DNA of 49,534 bases from Ruminococcus bicirculans (ex Wegman et al. 2014) (GTDB lineage: Bacteria; Bacteroidota; Bacteroidia; Bacteroidales; UBA932). The stretch spans positions 1 to 49,534 of the forward strand of contig CAVGPE010000052.1 of the NCBI GenBank assembly GCA_963631065.1, in the 5' to 3' direction. This document shows positions 1 through 9,034 of this stretch, piece by piece (positions within the stretch are counted from its first letter, which is position 1; each line of letters begins with the position of its first letter). Made by a program: the position numbers and the translations under genes. The notes under the pieces were generated by a model. That model did not search any database and was not told where the DNA came from. It saw only the letters and a list, made by a program, of their open reading frames with translations.

Positions 1-64
1 TTTTTGCGGAATTGCAAGAACTACGGCAAAAAACTTGAAACCACAGCGGGAGTCGCCTCCAGGG

Positions 65-220
65 AGAATCACAGCCAAAATGCAATTTTTTACCTCGTTT
101 TGGCTGAGATTCTTATTATTGATTCTATTAATCATATAATAATCAAGGAATTAAGACTGTTGTCGCGTATCCGGAAATCTCAGCCAAAATGCGATTTTTT
201 GCCCCGTTTTGGCTAAGATT
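65..220. repeat. Two copies of a ~46-49 bp imperfect palindrome (AATCwCAGCCAAAA-N17-TTTTGGCTrAGATT) upstream of the ATPase gene
   Basis: Copy 1 spans 65-113 (arms 65-80 and 98-113). Copy 2 spans 176-220 (arms 176-189 and 207-220). The spacers are also similar (tgcrattttt...cg). Confidence 0.85.
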
Positions 221-244
221 CCTTGCGAATCACAAGAAAGAACT

Positions 245-252
245 TATATTTG
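245..252 (+). promoter_or_regulatory. Bacteroidetes -7 promoter box for the ATPase gene
   Basis: TATATTTG(C) matches TAnnTTTG and lies 18 nt before the ATG at 271. Confidence 0.6.
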
Positions 253-270
253 CGGAAACTGTACGCAAAT

Positions 271-1731
271 ATGAACACCGAAAACATCATCGGCAGGAAA
301 AGGGAGCTGGAGCTGATAAGCCGGCTCTACCGATCGGACAAGTCTGAGTTTCTGGCCATCTACGGGCGGCGGCGCGTTGGGAAATCATATCTGATTGACG
401 AGAGTTTCCGCGGCGAGATGGCGTTTTCCGCAGTAGGCACGTTCAGAAAATATGCGACCGGGGAAGAAGCGCAGCACAAAAGGACTCAGCTCAAGCACTT
501 CTACCGCAGTCTGCTCGAATACGGACTGGACCCGTCCTGCGGCGAGCCGGAAGCTTGGATTGACGCCTTTGACTTGCTCAAGAAGCTGCTGAGCGCCAAT
601 CCGTCCCCGAGAAAAGTGGTCTTTATGGATGAACTCCCGTGGCTTGCAGGGCCGAAATCCTCGGAACTCATAGAGGAACTCGGATATTTCTGGAACGGTT
701 GGGCCGTGAAGCAGAGAAACATTTTCCTCATCGTATGCGGTTCGGCCACAAGCTGGATGCTGGACAATGTCATCAGAGACTACGGCGGGCTGTACGGCCG
801 CCTGACGGAGAAGATGCATCTCGCCCCGTTCAGCCTCTGCGAGACAAAGCAATACTACATCCGGAGGGGATTCAATATGTCAGACTACGAAATGGCGCTC
901 AGCTATATGGCTATCGGCGGCATTCCATATTATATGGACCGTATGCTTCCGGGAAGAACTCTTAGCCAGAACATCAACGAATTCTTCTTCCGCAACCCTT
1001 CCGTCAACCAGGAGTTCAAAGATGTTTATACGGGTCTGTTCCAGTCTGCGGACAAATATGTGGAAACGGTGCGCCTGCTGGGCGGGAAGTTCTACGGTAT
1101 GACGAGAAACGAGCTTCTGGAAGCCACAGGATTCAAAGGCGGCGGCACATTCACGAAAATGCTCGAAAACCTTCAGGAATGCGGGATAATCCGGTCTTTC
1201 TCGAGATACGGCAGGCAACGGAGGGAAACCGTCTGGCAGCTGTGCGACTTTTTCTCGCTGTTCTATCTTAATTTTGTGGGAGGCAGGACACAGAGAAAGG
1301 ACTGGATATATTTCCAACGGTCACACGAATATGAGAACTGGAGTGGAAGGACTTTCGAACTTCTGTGTTCAAGACATCTGGAGCAGATCAAATATGCCTT
1401 GAGAATCAAATCATTGGGGCAGGACTACTGCTGGGCCGGTTCCGGTCCGGACGGAGCCGGGGTACAGGTGGATATGATGATTCCGTCTCCGGAAGAGAGG
1501 ACGGACTATCTGTGCGAAATGAAGTTCTCGGAAAATCCGTATTACATCACGGCGGAGTACGAGAAGAGCCTGCTGGGCAAGCTTGCCGCGTTCAGACTCT
1601 CGAAAAATCACAAGGCCTCACATTCTCTCCTGCTGGTGATGGTGACCTCGATGGGGCTGGGCGAATCCGTCCACAACGGCGCGGTCAACGCCAAAGTGAG
1701 CCTGCAGGACCTGTTCCGCGAGACAGAGTAA
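271..1731 (+). CDS. AAA/archaeal-type ATPase with winged helix and C-terminal PD-(D/E)XK-like (DUF234-type) domain
   Basis: IIGRKRE start, Walker A GRRRVGKS, Walker B VVFMDE, CGSATSW, GGIPYY, and C-terminal QVDMMI...LCEMKFS. The ATG at 271 is preferred over the upstream start at 223. Confidence 0.85.
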   Translation: MNTENIIGRKRELELISRLYRSDKSEFLAIYGRRRVGKSYLIDESFRGEMAFSAVGTFRKYATGEEAQHKRTQLKHFYRSLLEYGLDPSCGEPEAWIDAFDLLKKLLSANPSPRKVVFMDELPWLAGPKSSELIEELGYFWNGWAVKQRNIFLIVCGSATSWMLDNVIRDYGGLYGRLTEKMHLAPFSLCETKQYYIRRGFNMSDYEMALSYMAIGGIPYYMDRMLPGRTLSQNINEFFFRNPSVNQEFKDVYTGLFQSADKYVETVRLLGGKFYGMTRNELLEATGFKGGGTFTKMLENLQECGIIRSFSRYGRQRRETVWQLCDFFSLFYLNFVGGRTQRKDWIYFQRSHEYENWSGRTFELLCSRHLEQIKYALRIKSLGQDYCWAGSGPDGAGVQVDMMIPSPEERTDYLCEMKFSENPYYITAEYEKSLLGKLAAFRLSKNHKASHSLLLVMVTSMGLGESVHNGAVNAKVSLQDLFRETE

Positions 1732-1756
1732 TCCATCCCCCGCCCCCGGGGAAATA

Positions 1757-1796
1757 CGACAGGAGGCCGGAATCTTTCGATTCCGGCCCCCTGTCG
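1757..1796. terminator. Hairpin between the convergent ATPase gene and tRNA-Pro
   Basis: CGACAGG-AGGCCGGAATC-TTTC-GATTCCGGCC-CCCTGTCG, with a GAAA tetraloop on the minus strand. Confidence 0.65.
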
Positions 1797-1867
1797 GGAT
1801 GATCCGACTCGAACGGACGACCCCCACGTCCCGAACGTGGTGCGCTAGCCAACTGCGCTACATCCCG
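1794..1867 (-). tRNA. tRNA-Pro (CGG)
   Basis: Reverse complement CGGGATGTAGCGCAGTTGGCTAGCGCACCACGTTCGGGACGTGGGGGTCGTCCGTTCGAGTCGGATCATCCCGA folds as a cloverleaf with anticodon CGG. CCA is not encoded. Confidence 0.95.
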
Positions 1868-1881
1868 TCAAAGTCCCGCGC

Positions 1882-2136
1882 CTACGCGAGCTTGTTGATA
1901 TGGACTGCGATGCCGCTCTTGAGATTGGACGCCTTGTTCTTGTGGATAAGTCCGATTTTCGCAAGCTTGTCAATCATCGCATATACCTTCGGGGCGTTCT
2001 TCTCCGCCGTAGCCTTGTCCGCAGTGTTGCGGATGTCGCGGATAGCGTTCCTCGTCGTTTTTGCATAATACCTGTTATGCAGTCTGCGCCTCTCGTTCTG
2101 ACGGTCGGCCTTCTTTGCTGAAGCTGTGTTTGCCAT
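1882..2136 (-). CDS. rpsT: 30S ribosomal protein S20
   Basis: MANTASAKKADRQNERRRLHNR...IHKNKASNLKS is typical S20. Confidence 0.97.
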   Translation of the reverse strand: MANTASAKKADRQNERRRLHNRYYAKTTRNAIRDIRNTADKATAEKNAPKVYAMIDKLAKIGLIHKNKASNLKSGIAVHINKLA

Positions 2137-2159
2137 TATTGTATTTTTTAATATTTTAG

Positions 2160-2231
2160 TAGTGGGTAGGAGAATCGAACTCCTATTGCAAGAATGAAAA
2201 TCTTGAGTACTAGCCGTTATACGAACCCACC
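2160..2231 (-). tRNA. tRNA-Glu (TTC)
   Basis: Reverse complement GGTGGGTTCGTATAACGGCTAGTACTCAAGATTTTCATTCTTGCAATAGGAGTTCGATTCTCCTACCCACTA, anticodon TTC. Confidence 0.95.
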
Positions 2232-2269
2232 GTTACCTCCCTCTCCGACCCCAGTCCGGATAGGGAGTG

Positions 2270-2300
2270 CAAATATAGAAATTATTTTAGACTTGGCAAA
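2270..2300 (-). promoter_or_regulatory. Bacteroidetes -33/-7 promoter for tRNA-Glu-rpsT-tRNA-Pro
   Basis: Minus strand reads TTTG-N19-TATATTTG. Confidence 0.75.
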
Positions 2301-3290
2301 TTAATTTTCCTCCTTTCTGTTCCACTCCCAGGAATAGAGCAGAGATTCGACCTGACGCAGATACTGCCGCTTGTCGTAGCGCGGAGCATAGACAAAGGCC
2401 TCAATCACAATAATCTCCTTTCCGTCAGGACTATAGAACGAATGGGACACGAACGGGCCTCCCATATAGTCGTTCTGCACCTCCCACATGCCCCTGGTCT
2501 GCACGATATCCCGCCCCCGGTATTTAAGATACTCTATCATAGGTGTGAAGTACGCACTGGTGGTCATGTAGGTATTGTCGAACATTCCCGGCACGTTGGC
2601 CTTGAGGATTTCGTTGCGGTGACGGATGATGTTGGCGGAAGAGAACGGATGGTCCTCCTCTGCGGGATACCTGTATACGAATACATCCTGATAGACATAC
2701 TGCTTGTCGTTGGCCACCCAGTAGAAGTCCTGCGAGGCCGTCTTGAGCTTGTAGCCCACCGGGAAATGCAGCGACCCGCCGAAGACTCCGGAGATGCTCT
2801 CGGCTATGCCCTTCTCCTCGTAGAGCAGGGTGTTGCGGATAACCCTGTCGCGCTCGGCCTGCTCGATGGCGCGCACGATGGTCTTGCCCTTGCTCTTGAG
2901 CATATCGACAGCCGCGTCCGCGTCATAGGCCGCAATCTGGATTACGCACTGCGGCTGCGACCAGACATCGTTGCGGTAGAACACTCCGGCGCTGTCTATC
3001 TGAGGATCTATATTGAACATCACGACATTGCGATGTATCTTGAAAAGATCCGCAAACCCCGCCGGGGCCACGTTCACAAGGGAGTAGAGCGGCTCCCTCT
3101 GAGGGAGATAAGGACATTCGTCGGCAAGCAGTTCGCGGGTAGCGGTCCCCACTGCACCTTCCCAATAGGACTTGTCCATCACCACGAGGACCTCCCCCGC
3201 CTTGCCGCTTACGCTCGGAAGGAGAGTTCCGGTACCCTTGCAGCCCGCCAACGCGAGAGCAAGCGCGAATACAGCGATAATCTTCTTCAT
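2301..3290 (-). CDS. DUF4837-family lipoprotein
   Basis: Lipobox LALAGC, then SGKAGEVLVVMD, LPQREP and MGGPF motifs. Start taken at MKKIIAV. Confidence 0.8.
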   Translation of the reverse strand: MKKIIAVFALALALAGCKGTGTLLPSVSGKAGEVLVVMDKSYWEGAVGTATRELLADECPYLPQREPLYSLVNVAPAGFADLFKIHRNVVMFNIDPQIDSAGVFYRNDVWSQPQCVIQIAAYDADAAVDMLKSKGKTIVRAIEQAERDRVIRNTLLYEEKGIAESISGVFGGSLHFPVGYKLKTASQDFYWVANDKQYVYQDVFVYRYPAEEDHPFSSANIIRHRNEILKANVPGMFDNTYMTTSAYFTPMIEYLKYRGRDIVQTRGMWEVQNDYMGGPFVSHSFYSPDGKEIIVIEAFVYAPRYDKRQYLRQVESLLYSWEWNRKEEN

Positions 3291-3300
3291 AACCAGATGT

Positions 3301-4596
3301 TTATATAATTCTTGATATGTCATTTCCAAAGGCGAGGAACATCAGGGCCAGCAGCAGGACCATCCCCAGCGTCTGCGCGACGGTAAGGAAGAGGTCGCTC
3401 GGCTTGCGGCCTGTAATCATCTCATAGAGAGTGAAGAGTATATGTCCTCCGTCCAGCGCGGGTATTGGGATTAGGTTCATCACGGCGAGCATTATCGAAA
3501 GCAGCGCGAGGATATTGATGAACTGATACCAGTTCCAGCTGGAAGGGAACACCTGCCCTATGGCGATGAAGCTGCCCACCGACCTGTAGGCTCCTGTAGA
3601 AGGGCGCACCAGCAGCCCCAGATCCCTCACATAGCCCCCTATCGTGCTACCTGTCAGCCTAATGCCCGCAGGAATCGCGCTCAGCACATCATAATGCTTC
3701 ACCTTGACGGACGGGGACATCATATAGACCCCTATGCGTCCGGTGGTATCCACGCTCACCGGAACGCTCAGCGTGTCCCCGTCCCTCAGCACCGTGGCCT
3801 CGACCGTCCGGGACTTCATCCCGGAGAGCAGCGGCCGCGAATCCTGCACATACTCCACCGCATTCCCGTCGAACGCCACAATCCTGTCCCCACGCCGCAG
3901 TCCCGACGAGGCATTGGGGCCTGCGGCCACCGAATCCACCACGAAAGGCACTGCAAGGTCAAACATCAGCGGCGAGTTGAGTACCTCCCCTATCATCGCC
4001 TGGTCCACATAGATGTCGAGGGTGTCCGTCCCGCGCAGCACCGTGGCCTTGCGCACGTCGCGCCGGGCAAGGTCCGCCTGGAGCATTCCGAAATTCTCCG
4101 GGCGGTAGTCGTCGAAGCTCAGGATACGGTCTCCGGTGCGGAACCCCATCTCGTAGGCCAGGTCGTTGACATATATGCGGCTGTCGCCGTTGTCCACATA
4201 GGACTGCCCCCACGCGGCCATAATGCCGATATAGGCAAGCACCGCAAAGATGAAGTTGTTCAGCACCCCTCCGGCCATCACCAGCAGCCGCTGCCACGCG
4301 GGATGGGAGCGGAATTCCCAGGGCTGCGGGTCCCGGCGCATCTGCTCCAGATCCATCGACTCGTCGATCATACCGGAAATCTTGCAGTATCCTCCGAAAG
4401 GCAGCCAGCCTATGCCGAACTCGGTCTCCCCCCACTTCCAGCGGGCTATCGCCTTGCCCCCGATGTCGAAGAAGAGGTAGAATTTCTCCACTCTTATCCC
4501 GAACATCCGAGCCCAGAGGAAATGTCCGAGCTCGTGGATGAGAATCAGCCCCGAAAGGGCGAGAATCACCTGGAGAGTCTTAATCAATATAACCAT
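3301..4596 (-). CDS. rseP: RIP metalloprotease RseP
   Basis: HELGH, GGYCKI, PDZ-like domains and NLIPIPALDGG. Lies downstream of dxr. Confidence 0.93.
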   Translation of the reverse strand: MVILIKTLQVILALSGLILIHELGHFLWARMFGIRVEKFYLFFDIGGKAIARWKWGETEFGIGWLPFGGYCKISGMIDESMDLEQMRRDPQPWEFRSHPAWQRLLVMAGGVLNNFIFAVLAYIGIMAAWGQSYVDNGDSRIYVNDLAYEMGFRTGDRILSFDDYRPENFGMLQADLARRDVRKATVLRGTDTLDIYVDQAMIGEVLNSPLMFDLAVPFVVDSVAAGPNASSGLRRGDRIVAFDGNAVEYVQDSRPLLSGMKSRTVEATVLRDGDTLSVPVSVDTTGRIGVYMMSPSVKVKHYDVLSAIPAGIRLTGSTIGGYVRDLGLLVRPSTGAYRSVGSFIAIGQVFPSSWNWYQFINILALLSIMLAVMNLIPIPALDGGHILFTLYEMITGRKPSDLFLTVAQTLGMVLLLALMFLAFGNDISRII

Positions 4597-5734
4597 CGGC
4601 AATCAAAGCTGTCTCCCTGTTTGTCTTGAAAATATCATCGATGTCCGGATTGGCGGCAAAATTCAGGCCATCAAGACAACGCTCGTTGATTCTCGCGATG
4701 TCGTAGAATCCGATGAGGCCCTTGAGATACGCCGCCACGGCCACCTCGTTGGCGGCGTTGAGCGCGCAGGGGGCGTTGCCTCCCCTGCGGAGAGCCTCGT
4801 AGGCGAGTTCCAGACAGGGGAACTTCTTCATATCCGGAGCTTCGAAGCTGAGATGTCCGAGAGCGGCGAAGTCCAGCTTGCGGTTGCCGACGGAGAGTCT
4901 TGCCGGGAACGCCAGGGCGAACCCTATCGGCTCCCTCATATCCGGCCATCCCAGCTGGGCGATCACCGCCCCGTCGGTGAACTCCACCATAGAGTGTATC
5001 ACCGACTCCGGATGGACCACTACGCTGATGCGCTCCGGACTGACGTCGAAGAGCCACCTGGCCTCTATCACCTCGAAGCCCTTGTTCATCATCGTGGCGG
5101 AATCTATCGTGACCTTCGCGCCCATATTCCAGTTGGGATGCTTCAGCGCGTCGGATGCCGTCGCAGCGGCTATCTTCTCCCTGTCCCAGCTGCGGAACGG
5201 GCCTCCGGATGCCGTGAGGTGGATTTTCTCGACCTCGTTGCCCTGCGCCGCAAGCAGACACTGGAAGATGGCGGAATGTTCCGAGTCAACCGGAAGTATG
5301 ACGGCCTTGTGGCGGCGCATCGTATCCGTGACTATGCTCCCGGCGGCGACAAGAGTCTCCTTGTTGGCGAGGGCCACTATCTTCCCGGCCTCAAGCGCGG
5401 CTATCGTCGGGCGGAGTCCGCTGAAGCCCACCATCGCTCCGACCACTATATCCACCGACGGCATACGGACCAGTTCGCACAGGCTGTCGATGCCGGCCCA
5501 CACCTTGATGCCCTTTGGCTGGAGGGCATCGGCCACCTCGCGGTAGCGCGAATCGTCGCATATCACCACGTTCGCCGCATTGAATTCAAGAGCCTGTCCG
5601 ACAAGCAGGTCCACGCTGCGACGGGCGGAGATGAGCTCCACTTCGAAGAGTTCCGGATGCCGGCGGATGACATCCAGGGTCTGCGTGCCTATGGAGCCGG
5701 TGGAGCCGAGTATGGCTATCTTCCTTTTTTTCAC
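4580..5734 (-). CDS. dxr: 1-deoxy-D-xylulose-5-phosphate reductoisomerase
   Basis: GSTGSIG, LANKE, PVDSEHSA, HPNWNMG. GTG start. Confidence 0.97.
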   Translation of the reverse strand: MKKRKIAILGSTGSIGTQTLDVIRRHPELFEVELISARRSVDLLVGQALEFNAANVVICDDSRYREVADALQPKGIKVWAGIDSLCELVRMPSVDIVVGAMVGFSGLRPTIAALEAGKIVALANKETLVAAGSIVTDTMRRHKAVILPVDSEHSAIFQCLLAAQGNEVEKIHLTASGGPFRSWDREKIAAATASDALKHPNWNMGAKVTIDSATMMNKGFEVIEARWLFDVSPERISVVVHPESVIHSMVEFTDGAVIAQLGWPDMREPIGFALAFPARLSVGNRKLDFAALGHLSFEAPDMKKFPCLELAYEALRRGGNAPCALNAANEVAVAAYLKGLIGFYDIARINERCLDGLNFAANPDIDDIFKTNRETALIADGYID

Positions 5735-5741
5735 TGAAAAT

Positions 5742-6593
5742 CTAAAAACTTATGAACTGAGCAGGATTGAGAGGGCGTCCTTCGTGCCAGAGCTCGAAGC
5801 GCAGACTCCCCTTCCCGTCTCCGGCGGATGACCCGCCGGAAAGGGCTATCGGAGAGCCGGCCTTGACTTCGTCTCCGGGCTTGCGGAGAACCTTCATATT
5901 GTTGGCGTATATGCTTATCACATTGTCCTTGTGCTGCAGCACAATCACATATTCAAGCTCGTCGTCCCAGCCGGAATACACCACGAACCCGTCCAGAACC
6001 GCGCTCACCACCGTTCCGGCGGGAGCAGTTATGTCTATGGCGGGACGGGCTATGCCGTCATAACCTCCGGCCACCACGCCCTTGATCGGGGTGAAGAAGT
6101 GCAGGCCCTCCACGGGAAGCGACCTCCCGGACGTGGAGCTGACCCCGAACTTCTCCTCGCTGCGTACCGTCTCCCTCAGCAGGGAGTCGCGCCGGCTGAG
6201 CTCTGCGGCCGATTTGTCGGACAGATAGCGTACGGCATTGCCGCCAAGGATGCTGTCGAGGTCTATCGTGCTCTCTCCGGTGAGCACGCGGCTGAGATTC
6301 TCCGCATAGAGATTCCAGCGCGTGACGGCGCTTTCGAGAGAGTCTATCTTTATCGCGTTGGAGAGGGCCGTTTTCTTGAAATTGGCGTCAGGGTAGCCGG
6401 GGATGGCCAGACGCAGCGGAGTGAAGGCTATAAAACAGTATATCAGGAGGACAAAAACCACCACCGCCGTGGTGGCGGCGATGATGAAACCCATTCTCGT
6501 GAAGATTATCGTGCGTATGCTCCTGTGGGTGTCGTTGTCCACAAGCGCCAGTCTATAGACCCTGTTTCTCCTTTCAGGATTTTGTCGTCCCAT
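5742..6593 (-). CDS. M23-family peptidase-like protein
   Basis: N-terminal TM segment, then a C-terminal M23 fold (AIDI, V+G+V, LQH, FELW...LNP). The metal-binding His residues look degenerate. Confidence 0.75.
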   Translation of the reverse strand: MGRQNPERRNRVYRLALVDNDTHRSIRTIIFTRMGFIIAATTAVVVFVLLIYCFIAFTPLRLAIPGYPDANFKKTALSNAIKIDSLESAVTRWNLYAENLSRVLTGESTIDLDSILGGNAVRYLSDKSAAELSRRDSLLRETVRSEEKFGVSSTSGRSLPVEGLHFFTPIKGVVAGGYDGIARPAIDITAPAGTVVSAVLDGFVVYSGWDDELEYVIVLQHKDNVISIYANNMKVLRKPGDEVKAGSPIALSGGSSAGDGKGSLRFELWHEGRPLNPAQFISF

Positions 6594-6616
6594 ACTTTTT
6601 AGCTAATTTCGCAGTG

Positions 6617-7033
6617 ATGAAAAGATCCGTCGGGATAGATTACGGCAATGCCAGAACGGGGGTCGCGGTCAGTGACCCTCTCGGCATATTCGCATCTCCC
6701 GCAGAAACCGTTCCCTCTGCAAAGATAATAGAATATCTCCAAAAATACTCCCGCACCGAGACCATAGAGAGATTTGTGGTAGGCTATCCGCTCAATCTCA
6801 ACGGCGCTCCGGCGCAGTGCGCCCCGGACGTGGACAAGTTCATAGCGAGGCTGCGGAAGGAGTTCCCCGACGTGCCGATAGTCCTCGAAGACGAGCGCTT
6901 CACCACAGTGCTGGCCCACAGGGCGATGATAGACGGGGGGATGAAGAAAAGCGCGCGCCGCGACAAGAACTCCGTGGACAGAATCAGCGCGGCAATAATT
7001 TTGCAGAGCTACCTCGACAAGAATAAACGATAA
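6617..7033 (+). CDS. ruvX: Holliday junction resolvase-like / pre-16S rRNA nuclease YqgF
   Basis: GIDYGNARTGVAVSD, VVGYP, DERFTT, DRISAAIILQSYL. Confidence 0.93.
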   Translation: MKRSVGIDYGNARTGVAVSDPLGIFASPAETVPSAKIIEYLQKYSRTETIERFVVGYPLNLNGAPAQCAPDVDKFIARLRKEFPDVPIVLEDERFTTVLAHRAMIDGGMKKSARRDKNSVDRISAAIILQSYLDKNKR

Positions 7034-7035
7034 AG

Positions 7036-7590
7036 ATGATACAACCCATTTACCTATACGGGTCCGGAGTGCTGCGGGAAGTGGCTGCGGAGGCGGACCT
7101 CAACGACAAGGAATCACTCACCTCGCTTGTGACAGACCTCTGGGACACGCTCGCATCCTCGGAAGGCTGCGGTCTCGCCGCTCCACAGATAGGAGTCAGC
7201 CTCAGGGTGGCCGTGGTCGACGGAGACATCATGTCTGACATCTATCCCTATCTCAAGGGCTTCAAGCGCACTTTCATCAATCCGGTGATACTCTCAGAGA
7301 GCGACAGTTTCTGCGAATACAACGAAGGCTGCCTCAGCGTGCCTGGCATCTATGCCGACATACGCCGCCCGGAAAGCATCGAAGTCGAGTATTTCGACGG
7401 GAACTTCGAGAAGAAGCGGGAGAGTTTCGACAAGTTCGCGTGCAGGATGATCCAGCACGAGTTCTCCCACCTCGACGGAGTGATGTTCACCGACCTCGCC
7501 GCGCCCATACGCCGCAAAATGCTGACGCGCAAGCTCCAGAACATAGCCGGCGGCAGGGTTCGCGCCTCCTACAAGACAGTACTCAAATAA
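7036..7590 (+). CDS. def: Peptide deformylase
   Basis: GCGLAAPQIG, EGCLS, QHEFSHLDG. Confidence 0.96.
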   Translation: MIQPIYLYGSGVLREVAAEADLNDKESLTSLVTDLWDTLASSEGCGLAAPQIGVSLRVAVVDGDIMSDIYPYLKGFKRTFINPVILSESDSFCEYNEGCLSVPGIYADIRRPESIEVEYFDGNFEKKRESFDKFACRMIQHEFSHLDGVMFTDLAAPIRRKMLTRKLQNIAGGRVRASYKTVLK

Positions 7591-7598
7591 AAATCATT

Positions 7599-8963
7599 AT
7601 GGGAGCATTTCACGCATATGACATAAGGGGAGTCTACGGGAAGGACTTCGACAAGGAGACGGTCTATAAGATAGGACGCTTCCTGCCGGAACTCCTCAAG
7701 ACCGACAGGGTGCTTGTGGGACGCGACTGCCGCGTCTCCTCGCCGGAGATTCACGACAGCCTGCTGGAGGGCATCTGTGATGCCGGGGCCGACATCTATG
7801 ACATAGGGCTGAGCAGCACGCCTATGGTCTATTTCGGCACGGCCAACTACGGATTCAAGGCTTCGGTGCAGATTACCGCCAGCCACAACCCGGCGGAATA
7901 CAACGGACTCAAGGTCAGCCGGGAGAACGCGCTTCCGGTGGGATTCGACAGCGGTCTCGGCCAGATAAAGGCGTGGATTGACGAGGGGAAGCCGACCCCT
8001 GTGGCGGCAAGGCGCGGAGAAGTCCGCAAGATGGACATACACGATGACTATATCGCCTTTATGAAGGGCTTCAAGGGCGACTACGGCAACCTCACCCTCG
8101 CCTTCGACCTCTCCAACGGTATGGCCAACCTCTTCGCGAAAGAGATTTACGGCGAGAGCCCGTCATATATCTTCGACACCATCGACGGGCGATTCCCGAA
8201 CCACGAACCCAACCCGCTCGTGGCGAAGAACGTGGAGCCGCTCAAGGCTCTCGTGCTGCGCAACGGAGCTGACATCGGAGTCATCTACGACGGTGACGCG
8301 GACAGGGTGATGTTCGTGGACGACAGGGGAAGATTCGTCGCGCCGGATCTGGTCATCGCGCTGATGTCCCTCTACTTCTGCGATATGAAGGGGGCCTCGC
8401 ATCCCCGCGTGCTTCAGGAAATCCGCAGTTCCAAGGCGGTGGGCGAATTCCTCGACAGATACGGCGCGGACCTGCACACCTGGAAGGTGGGACGCGCATT
8501 CGCCGCTCCGAAGCTCCGCGAGATAGACGGGCTGTGGGGCGGAGAACTCGCCGGACACTATTATTTCAAGGACTTCTTCTATTCCGACAGCGGGCTGCTC
8601 GCCTCGATGATAGTGCTGAGCATCGTGTCGTCCCTCAAGAAGCGCGGCATCACCCTCAGCGCACAGATAGACTCTATGAGTTCCTACCACAACTCCGGAG
8701 AAATCAACTTCCGGCTCGACGACAAGGCAGGGGCGATGGACGCGGTGCGCGACCACTTCGCCTCGCAGTGCAAGCCGCTCAGGATAATGGATTTCGACGG
8801 CTACCGCCTGGAATACGGGGACTGGTGGTTCAACATCCGCCCGTCCAATACGGAACCGTATCTGCGCTTCATCTGCGAAGCGAAGTCGGAGGACACCCTC
8901 AGGCGCATAGTGGCGGAGACGGAAGAGATACTCAGGACAAGATTCGGAGCTGTGAGGTCATAA
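7599..8963 (+). CDS. Phosphomannomutase/phosphoglucomutase
   Basis: AYDIRG, ITASHNP, DGDADR, GGELAGH, RPSNTEP. Start at ATG 7599, just after def. Confidence 0.92.
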   Translation: MGAFHAYDIRGVYGKDFDKETVYKIGRFLPELLKTDRVLVGRDCRVSSPEIHDSLLEGICDAGADIYDIGLSSTPMVYFGTANYGFKASVQITASHNPAEYNGLKVSRENALPVGFDSGLGQIKAWIDEGKPTPVAARRGEVRKMDIHDDYIAFMKGFKGDYGNLTLAFDLSNGMANLFAKEIYGESPSYIFDTIDGRFPNHEPNPLVAKNVEPLKALVLRNGADIGVIYDGDADRVMFVDDRGRFVAPDLVIALMSLYFCDMKGASHPRVLQEIRSSKAVGEFLDRYGADLHTWKVGRAFAAPKLREIDGLWGGELAGHYYFKDFFYSDSGLLASMIVLSIVSSLKKRGITLSAQIDSMSSYHNSGEINFRLDDKAGAMDAVRDHFASQCKPLRIMDFDGYRLEYGDWWFNIRPSNTEPYLRFICEAKSEDTLRRIVAETEEILRTRFGAVRS

Positions 8964-8978
8964 CGGATACCGAAAGAA

Positions 8979-9010
8979 AGGGCTGACTAAAAATATTTCA
9001 GTCAGCCCCT
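8979..9010. terminator. Inverted repeat between convergent PMM and ABC permease genes
   Basis: GGGCTGACT...AGTCAGCCC stem. Confidence 0.6.
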
Positions 9011-9034
9011 TCAGGAAGTTTTCAGTGATGTGTA

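Noticed and set aside
4..216. 70-aa ORF at the window start
   Set aside because: It runs through the palindromic leader, has a non-ATG start and shows no protein features.
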